From assembly GCA_965240325.2 (NCBI GenBank), contig OZ251223.1:2976001-3040000 (forward strand): DNA of 64,000 nt. The letters are read 5' to 3'. Shown here in pieces: positions 56,012 to 64,000 of this stretch. The notes under the pieces are model-generated. The model did not search any database. It worked only from the letters and a program-made list of their open reading frames with translations, and had not been told where the DNA came from. Made by a program: the position numbers and the translations under genes. Source of the DNA: Rebecca billardiae RCC1528 (lineage: Eukaryota > Protista > Haptophyta). The first letter of the stretch is position 1, and each line of letters opens with the position of its first letter.

Positions 56012-58987
56012 ATGAACTCGGGCTCGCAGCCGCCCGATGAGGCAGCGTACCTTGCCTCGCAGGTGGAGCGGCTGTACACGCTGCTACGCAAGGACATGTC
56101 GCGCGACCCGTCGGAGCGCCTCACCCTTGGTGAGCTCGAGGAGCTGCGGTTCTGGCGAGAGCGCGTGAGCGACGCGGAGTGGCAGCAGCTGCAGCTCGCA
56201 GCCAAGGCGCAGTCGGGCGAGCCGCCGGCGCCGGCGCCGATGCAAGGCGCGAGCGAGCCGCGACGGAGTGAGGATCCGGCCTGGCGCTCGCCGCAACCAC
56301 CGCGGCCTGCGCAGCCAGCCGCGAGCGCAGCGGCGGGCGCGGCAGCAGGGCTGAGCGACGATGTCGCCAAGGCGCTGGCCGAGGCGGCACGAGAGCACCA
56401 GCGGCTGGTGGAGGAGCTACAGCGTGAGCACGCCCGGCATGTCGAGCGGCTCGAGAGTGCGCACTCGCGCGAGCTCGAGCAGGCGCAGCGCGACGAGGAC
56501 GCGCTGCGCGACGAGCTCGAGCGCGTGCGTCAGGTGTCGCGCGATGAGTTGGCGGCGGCGCGCGGCCGGGTCGCGCACGCGCAGCTGCTGCTCACGCAGC
56601 GCGAGCGCGAGCTGGCGGAGTCTCGCGCGGAGGCGGATGCGCTGCGCCGGCGTTGCGAGGAGCTCACCGCCGCGCGCGCCTCCATCGAGCGCGAGCTGCT
56701 CGAGGGGCGCGCCAGTGCAGCGAGCGCAGCAGATGCGCAGGCGCGGCTGGCCGCGGCCGCCATGGCAGCCTCCGTGTCCGCGCCGCCCGCGCTGCCACCG
56801 ACGAGCGTTGCCTTGCCGCCGGCGTCCTCCGGCGGCGAGCCGGCGCGGCTGGCAACACTCCGCGCCGAGATCGACGCGCTCATCGGCCAGCAAGGCGGGC
56901 AGGTGCAGCTCGCAGAGTCGCAGGTGGGCAGCCTGCTGCAGGCGAAGGCGCGCGCCGTGTCGCAGGCGGCGCATTCGGCTGCCGGCGCGGGCGGGAGCGG
57001 CGCGGCGGCGGTGGCGCTGGGGCTAGTGGACGGCCCGAGCGGCGAGCCCGAGAGCTTACGCCCGAGCCACCACCGCGTCACCTCGGGGTACGACCCGCTC
57101 GGCAGGGCGAGGGGCATCGGCACGGCCGCGCTCGTGCAGCAGAGCGACAGCGCCCGCAGCCGCGCGCTCGCGTCGGGCGTGCTCGCGCTGCGCGCGCGCA
57201 CGCGCCGCACGCGCGAGGCCGCGCAGCAGATGGCGGTGGCGGTGGTGGGCGAGCTGCGCGAGACGGAGGCGGAGTGGAACTCGTTCGTCTCGCTCTTCGG
57301 CCGGCTGTGGGAGGCGTGCGTCAGCGGCACCGCCGCCCTCGCCGCGGACGCGGACGCAGCTCGCGGGCTGATCCGCTCAGCAGACGAGCGCAGTGCGAGG
57401 CTGGACCAGGCGCTGCGCGAGCGCGCGCGCGTGCCGACGCGCGTGCTGTGCGTGCCGACGCTGCCCGCGGCGGGCGAGGCGCTGCGCTCGGCGCTCGAGC
57501 TGCGCGCGCAGTCCATCGAGCTCGCCGAGGGCCCCGAGCGCCGCACCTTCCACTTCGACCGCGTGGCGCCGCTGCAGCACGGCGCCGCGTCGCTGCCGCC
57601 GCTCGCGCCCGAGCTGACGCAGATGCTCGAGGCGGTGCTCAGCGGCGGCTCTGCGACGGTGGTGGTGGACGGGCCGTCGGGCTGCGGCAAGTCGTGGCTG
57701 CTTGACGGGCTCGCGCGCACCGACGGCGCCGACGGCCTCCTCGGCGGCGCGGTGAGCGCGCTGCTCGCTCGCGCAGCGCAGCTCGAGGCGGCCGCGACGC
57801 CGCAGCTGTGCGCTCTCTGGCTGAGCGCTGTCGATGTGCTGGGCGAGCAGGTGACGGACGTGCTGGCGCGGGGCGGCGGCGGGCGGCGCGAGGAGGGCGC
57901 GCTGCCGCCGTCCGTGCCGCTGCGCCCGCTCAGCTCGGCCGTGCCCTCGTACGAGGCCTTCCTCCACCTCGCGCGCCACCTGCGCGCGCACGGCGGCGCT
58001 GAGCTGTCTGCGCGACAGCCAGAGGCAGCGCAGTGGGTGCGCGCGCGCGCGGCCCGAGCGCGCGCGCCGACGGAGCGGGTAAGAGGCGAGACAGTCGAGA
58101 CAGCAAAGAGGGAGCGAGGGGGGAGGCGTGGGGCAGGTGGGGCGGGGCGTCCCGCGCGACGTGCGCTCACGCGGGCCCACCGCTGCGCCCGCGCCGCGTG
58201 CGCAGCACGGCCCGTTCAGCGCAAAGCCGAGGCGCGCGCACCGCATCATCTCGTTGCATCTCGAGCGCACGCTCTCGACCGCTCAGCTCGGCTCATCGAC
58301 GCTCACCTTTGTCGAGCTGGCGAGCGGCGCGCACGCGGCGGCGACGGCGGCGGGGCTGGCGTCGACGGCGATGGCGCAGGCGACGGCGGCGGGCAGGGGC
58401 GTGGCCGCGATGCACGACGTGCTGCTCGCGCTCGCCGGCGGGTGCGCGCGCGCGCGCCTGCGCTCGCCCTCCGCGCGGGCGCCGCCATCGCCGTCGAATG
58501 GCCTCGCGCTCACGCGCCCGCGCGCGGGCGTGCGCGTGTGCGTGTGTGCGTGTGCGCACGGCTGCGACGCGCGCGCGCGCCCGCCTCGCCGCGCAGGCAG
58601 CAGCACGTGCCGTACAGGCACTCGCGACTCACGCACCAGCTGCAGGCGGTGCTGAGCGCGAGCGGGCTCGTGCTGCACCTGCTGCCAGTGCAGTGCGCCG
58701 CGCTCGCCGTCGGCGACGACAGCGCGCGCTCGCTGGCCGTGGCCTCGCAGGTGAAGGCGCTCGAGCTGAGCGCGGCACGGCACGGCGCGCGCGGGCTGCG
58801 GCAGTACGGGCTCGGCGCGGGTGGAGGCGCGGCGTCGTCGGCGGCGAGCGCCGCGGGCATGCGCTCCTTCGGCCTGCCGCTCAGCGCAGCCGCCTCGCCC
58901 CTCCGGCCCCGCAGCGGGGCGAGCACGCCGAGCGCAGCGGGCGGTGCGGGCGTTGGCATCTCGCCCGCGTCGTTTGTCTGGCGCTGA
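56012..58987 (+). CDS. C-terminal kinesin-like protein with degenerate switch motifs, 3 exons
   Basis: N-terminal coiled coil; FHFDRV, GPSGCGKS, HVPYRHSRLTHQLQ; introns 58037..58205 and 58442..58596. Confidence 0.8.
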   Translation: MNSGSQPPDEAAYLASQVERLYTLLRKDMSRDPSERLTLGELEELRFWRERVSDAEWQQLQLAAKAQSGEPPAPAPMQGASEPRRSEDPAWRSPQPPRPAQPAASAAAGAAAGLSDDVAKALAEAAREHQRLVEELQREHARHVERLESAHSRELEQAQRDEDALRDELERVRQVSRDELAAARGRVAHAQLLLTQRERELAESRAEADALRRRCEELTAARASIERELLEGRASAASAADAQARLAAAAMAASVSAPPALPPTSVALPPASSGGEPARLATLRAEIDALIGQQGGQVQLAESQVGSLLQAKARAVSQAAHSAAGAGGSGAAAVALGLVDGPSGEPESLRPSHHRVTSGYDPLGRARGIGTAALVQQSDSARSRALASGVLALRARTRRTREAAQQMAVAVVGELRETEAEWNSFVSLFGRLWEACVSGTAALAADADAARGLIRSADERSARLDQALRERARVPTRVLCVPTLPAAGEALRSALELRAQSIELAEGPERRTFHFDRVAPLQHGAASLPPLAPELTQMLEAVLSGGSATVVVDGPSGCGKSWLLDGLARTDGADGLLGGAVSALLARAAQLEAAATPQLCALWLSAVDVLGEQVTDVLARGGGGRREEGALPPSVPLRPLSSAVPSYEAFLHLARHLRAHGGAELSARQPEAAQWVRARAARARAPTERVRGETVETAKRERGGRRGAGGAGRPARRALTRAHRCARAACAARPVQRKAEARAPHHLVASRAHALDRSARLIDAHLCRAGERRARGGDGGGAGVDGDGAGDGGGQGRGRDARRAARARRRVRARAPALALRAGAAIAVEWPRAHAPARGRARVRVCVCARLRRARAPASPRRQQHVPYRHSRLTHQLQAVLSASGLVLHLLPVQCAALAVGDDSARSLAVASQVKALELSAARHGARGLRQYGLGAGGGAASSAASAAGMRSFGLPLSAAASPLRPRSGASTPSAAGGAGVGISPASFVWR

Positions 58988-59417
58988 GTGGACCGTGCCG
59001 GGCGGATGATGCTCGCTGGCTGTGACGGGCTCGTCGAGTCGTAGCAGGGCGCTGCGCTCTCGCACGCTGCGCGAGTTGCCCGACTGAGTTGGCGCACGCG
59101 CATGCCGTCAGTGATGTCGTCATTCTCCGGCATGCGCCAGGCGGTCTGACCGAACCGTGCGGTCGTGCCCGTGCCTGTGCCCGTGTTCGTGTGGCCGCCT
59201 GAAGTGGCATATCCGAGACGTACATCACGACGTGTCGTATATCGATCATAACTACTCGATCTGATGATGAGCATAGTAATTTAGTATAGTCCGGTCTGCT
59301 GTATTGATTCAAATAAGCTGCTGCGCTATTCGTCTGCTAATACTTCAGTCCGTGACTCGGTGACTCTGGTCAGACATATCAGCATCATCGTCATGACGAC
59401 TCATGTCATCACTTGCT

Positions 59418-59865
59418 GCTCAGCATGTCATGACGAGCAGCTGTCTCATCACATAGTATATCACGCGTACGACGACAGCCAAACAGACGACATGATGATG
59501 ATGCAATGTTATGTCACATTGTAGTAGCCGCCGTAATCCCGTATCATGCGGCACTCGTCATCCGATCACCGATGAGGCTGCGCATCATCGTGAGTGCACG
59601 CCACTCGGCGGGCTCACCAGGCCTACGCCTGCAGGTGGCTGGCTCAGCATGTCATGACGAGCAGCTGTCTCATCACATAGTATATCACGCGTACGACGAC
59701 AGCCAAACAGACGACATGATGATGATGCAATGTTATGTCACATTGTAGTAGCCGCCGTAATCCCGTATCATGCGGCACTCGTCATCCGATCACCGATGAG
59801 GCTGCGCATCATCGTGAGTGCACGCCACTCGGCGGGCTCACCAGGCCTACGCCTGCAGGTGGCTG
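59418..59865. repeat. Exact 224-bp tandem duplication covering the UTP21 stop and 3' UTR
   Basis: 59418..59641 equals 59642..59865. Confidence 0.92.
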
Positions 59866-62800
59866 AGGAAGGTGAGCAGGCACAGGTTCTCGTGGAAGAG
59901 AGACTCGAGGGCCGCCCAGCCCTCGCGCTGCGCCGTGCGCAGGGGCTCGCACCGCGCGCGGAGCACATCGTCCTCAGCGATCGCGGCCGCGTGCACTTTG
60001 AGGAAGGCGGCGAGGTACGCCTGCGTGAGCTCGTAGTCCACGCGCGTCTCGATCTGGGCCACGAAGAAATCAATCGCGTCGCGAAGGCCCTGCGCAGTGA
60101 CGGCCGCGCCGCGCCGACAGGTGAGGCAGCGCGCACCGATCCATCGCGGGCGCGGGCGCGCTGGGCAACGGGCGGCGCTCCCGTGCGCACGCGCGCGCAC
60201 CGATCCGTCGCCCACGCCGAGCTGTCGGATCTCCACGTCCGCTGCGGACGGGTTGAGCGACTTGATGTACTCCGCCGCGACCGCTGCAGACCACGGCGCG
60301 TGCGCAGCGCGGGTGTCAGCGCAGCGCGCGGCTCGGGCGCGCACCCCGCACTTGCTCGGCGTGCGGTACGCGCGCGCGAGGGGCAGTGCGCCGGATGCGC
60401 ACGCGCGAGCGCTCACCATATGAGCCTTGCTTGGTGCCGCGGCGGATGTGGCGCAGCAAGGGCGAGTCCTCCAGCCCCGATGCCCCGCCAAACGCCGCTC
60501 GCACCCGCGACGTCTTCCCCCCGCGTCCGTCGCGCCCCGCGTCGGCGGCTCCGTCCGCGCCCTCCGCCTCGGCCTCCGCCTCGGCCTCTGCTCCGCCCTC
60601 GTCGCCCTCAGCCGCACGCTTGCGCTTCGGCTCGGGGGGCGGGATGAACTCGGGCTCGAGGCCGGCGCGCGTGGCGAGGAAGAAGGGGGTCTCGGGCGGC
60701 GCCTCGGGCGGCTTCTCCGGCTTGTTCCGCTCCTGGATCTGCTCGAGCGCGTGCAGCGATCGCCACTGCACCGCGGGCACTCCGGAGAGCGTCGGCAGAG
60801 CGTCTGCCAGCTGCGCGGGGCGCGCTAGCCTGCGCAGCGCGTCGCGCGAGGCGGCCTCCTCGGCGGCGCGCGCGGCGGCGGCGGCGAGCGAGCGCTCCTC
60901 CGCGCCTCCGAGCGCCCGGCCCTCGCGCCCCGCGCCGTCCGCCCCGCCGTCCGCGCCGTCCTCCTCCGCGCCCTCGTCGTCGTCGTCGCCGAGCGCGCCC
61001 GCCGGCAGCGGCAGCTGCGTGGGACGGTCCACCGCCGCGTCGAGCGCCAGGTTTGAGAAGAGCGCGCGGTTGGCCCAGACGCAGACGGCGACGCAGCCCG
61101 CGTGCGTGGTGGCGAGGAACTCGCCGCGCGGGGACCACGCGAGCGACGTGACCGGCCGCGAGACCGAGTGCCACGCCACCAGCCGCGCGGTCGGGATGTC
61201 GACGAGCCGCAGGCTGCCGTCGAGGCCGGCCGAGAGTAGGCAGCGGCCGTCCGGCGTGAACGCGAGGTCGGTGATGGCGCGCGTGTGCCCGTCGAGCTGG
61301 CGGACGAGGGTGCGCGCGCGGACGTCGAAGACGCGGATGCGCGCGTCGTCGCACGCCGCGGCGACCAGCGCCGAGTCCGTCGCCGCGCACAGCCGCGCCA
61401 CCGCCGACTCGGCGAGCAGAGTCGCCACGTGCGCGCGCGAGTGCAGCTCCCACAGCCGCACGGTGCCGTCGTGCCCCGCTGAGATGAGGTACCGCTGCGA
61501 GCCGTCGATGGCGAGGCCGCGGACGGCGCCGCGGTGGCCCGCCGCGTCGACGGCGCGCGCATCGCCCGCCTCGGCCTCGCCGCCGAACCGCCCGCGGTGC
61601 ATCCCCGACTGCAGGTTGAACTTGTCGATGCGGCCGCTCGCCGTGCCGACGATGGCGTAGTTGCCGCAGCGCGAGGCGCACACGGCCGTCGCGGCGCCCG
61701 CGCGCTCGCCGGCGGGGCTGGAGAGGACGAGCTTGCCCAGGGCGCGGCGGGAGGTGTGCCACGTCGAGACGAGCGCGCTCCCCGCGTGGCAGCTCACCAG
61801 GTTCGCCCACTCGCGCTCGCGCAGCGCCGCCGCGTCGAAGTCCACGATGGAGGGCAGCTTGAGCGCAGACGGGCGCGTGTTGCGGCCCAGCTTGCGCGCC
61901 TTGGCGAGCACGTGCCCCTGCGAGAGCTCGGAGTCCTGCTGCTGCAGCCAGAGCGAGGTGCGGCGGAGCGAGCGGTCCGCGCCCGCCGAGAGCAGGTCCG
62001 TCGCGCCCGCCGCGCCCGCCGCCGCGCCCGTCACGCCGTCCGAGTAGAAGCGCACGCGCGTGGGAGGCGCGGAGTGACCCGAGCGCGCGCGCAGCAGCCG
62101 CGCGCCGCCCGACGGCTGGTCGAAGAGCCACATGCGCAGCGCGTTGTCCGCGCCGGAGGTGAGCAGGACGGGCTCGCCGTGCAGGAAGTGCGCGGCGCGC
62201 ACGTCCGAGTCGTGCGCGAACTCGATCTGCGCCGCGAGCTTGCGCTCGTCCAGCTGCCACAGCGCGACGTGGCCGGTGTCGCTCGCAGACGCCAGGATGG
62301 GCACGCCGTCCGTGCGGAAGGCGAGGGCGCACGCCGCGCCCGAGTGCATCTCGAACGAGGCGAGGGTCGCGTCCTCGCGCAGGTGGTGCAGCAGCACGCG
62401 CCCCGACTCCAGACCCACCGCCACCACGTCCACCGCCGTCGCCTGCGCGAGCGCGCGCACGGCCGAGCCCCAGCCGACAAATCGGTACACGCGCCGCCCC
62501 GAGCGCACGTTCCACAGCTCGAGCGCGCCCGAGCGGCCGCCGACGAGCAGCTTGTTGAGGTAGGTCGCCGGGTGCAGGATCGCCGTCGGGGCCATGTCGG
62601 GCGACAGGGACACGCTCGCGGCAGGCGCGTCGAAGTCGGCGGCGGTGCCGACCACGTGCCACGCATTCAGCTGCCGCCCCGCGCACACCGACACGAGCAG
62701 CTCACCGAGGCGGGTGAGGAGGCGCACCGGGTGCGCGTGCCCGCGCAGCACGCCAAGCTCGTCGACACGGTGCACGACGTGCACGTCCGCGCCGACCGCG

Positions 62801-63024
62801 GCGAACGTGTAGTCGCCGTGCACCTCGAGCGCCGTGATGCGCCCTGGCAGCTGTGGGCCGACAAAGCGCACGCGCAGGTTGGCGCAATTATACACCTGGA
62901 AGGCGCGCCCGACGCTCGTGGTGACGAAGGTCTCTGTTCCACGCCGCTGCACCACCGCGGGGGTGCTGTCGCTCACGAACCCCGCCGCGCGGTACGGCGT
63001 CAGAAGCGCGCCGCTCGCGGCCAT
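59847..63024 (-). CDS. WDR36: WD40 protein WDR36/Utp21 (SSU processome), 3 exons
   Basis: HPATYLNKLL, GADNALRMWLFD, RSGHSAPP, FNLQSG.HRG, RNKP..PP..PFFL, DYELTQAYLAAFLK; introns 60284..60416 and 60090..60200. Confidence 0.95.
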
Positions 63025-63207
63025 GGCTTCACGCGGACCGTCCGCGATACGTGGGCGGTGGGAGGAGATCCGGTACAGTACAGGTGAGTCCGGGTCGCTG
63101 CTACCTGTATTATACCGAGTACCTCGGCCGACGAGCTGGAGTGCTTTCGCCTCGGCAAGGGCTGCCGAGCGACAAGGGCCCCACCACCGTCGTCAGGCGT
63201 CGGCGAC

Positions 63208-63675
63208 ATGCTCGCTCGGGCGCTGCTCGGCGCCCGCGCCGGCCCCGTGCGGCCACTGGTGCACGCGGCACGTGCCGCGTCGTCGACGCCACCCGCCTCC
63301 CTTCGCGAGGCGAAGAAGTACGAGCCGCCCCCGCTCGTCGACCTTTCAATCGAGGCTGATCCCAAGCTGACCGAGAAGGACATTCACGCGAACCCAAACA
63401 AGCTGCTTCCCGAGAGGCAGGAGTTGATCTGGGACGATGGCACCGCCCGTACAGAGTGGTACATCGACCGTGAGTGCTGGACCGTCACCAACGGCCAGGC
63501 CGCCAGCCGGCTTCTGGGCGCCATCTTCCTCGGCCTGGGCGGATTTGCCTACTTCATGAAGTACAACTACACGAATATTGGCTATGGCGCGGCGTGGGTG
63601 CCGCGTGAGATGCCGTTCGACAATGCTGCCATTGCTTACGGCCGGGCGTCGGCGAGTGACGACGACGACGAGTGA
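63208..63675 (+). CDS. NDUFB8: Mitochondrial complex I subunit NDUFB8 (plant/algal ASHI type)
   Basis: Mitochondrial presequence-like N-terminus; LPERQELIWDDGT..E..ID, one TM, PREMPFDN, recalling plant ELIWDNGT..PYDN. Confidence 0.8.
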   Translation: MLARALLGARAGPVRPLVHAARAASSTPPASLREAKKYEPPPLVDLSIEADPKLTEKDIHANPNKLLPERQELIWDDGTARTEWYIDRECWTVTNGQAASRLLGAIFLGLGGFAYFMKYNYTNIGYGAAWVPREMPFDNAAIAYGRASASDDDDE

Positions 63676-64000
63676 GCAGCTTGGCCACCGCGGAGCCACG
63701 GCGTGACCGGTGATCTGGCGGACCGGCAGCGGCACGGTCCTGCCTCTGGGACGTCTGCGGCAACCGCTCTGCTGGGATCTCCCCGCTGCGCGACTGATGG
63801 TCGTATCCGCCTGCACAGTGCACCGTCATTCACAACTATCCAGCAGCGACAATGCCACTCGCACAGCGTCGCCCAGGACACTGTCAGCGGTCAGCAGTCC
63901 GCAGCACGTGCGCTGGCCGGCTGGCCAGCTGCCTGCCCTCTCCAATATTAGGCACAAAAGTAATGTTTTAACAAATAAAAGGGAGTTCGCGCAGCGTCCG

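Noticed and set aside
1-64000. tRNA, rRNA, hammerhead or SECIS elements
   Set aside because: None recognised by eye; a covariance-model scan would be needed to exclude them.

Overview
A GC-rich eukaryotic window. It has compact genes with ~100-170 nt GC-rich GT(GCGC)...(GC)AG introns and signal-peptide proteins; a haptophyte-like alga is my inference. About 17 credible protein genes: SET methyltransferase, two GNATs, two paralogous hybrid histidine kinases (one with a CHASE sensor), SLC26/SulP, atypical Ras-like protein, TauE, a fused EutB-EutC ethanolamine ammonia-lyase, CDIN1/TPD nuclease-like, PUB protein, MYCBPAP, a kinesin with degenerate switches, WDR36/UTP21, NDUFB8 and hypotheticals. 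The intergenic DNA holds many non-autonomous TIR elements with different TSD lengths. Best candidates for novelty: (1) two non-coding foldback elements with near-perfect 780-850 bp arms, shared GAGTCCACTCCACCGAAATC termini and 5-bp TSDs, a combination I cannot match to a standard cut-and-paste superfamily; (2) a bacterial-type B12-dependent EutBC fusion in a eukaryote; (3) repeated duplication of gene 3' ends followed by micro-insertion decay. All alignments were done by eye; no searches were run.
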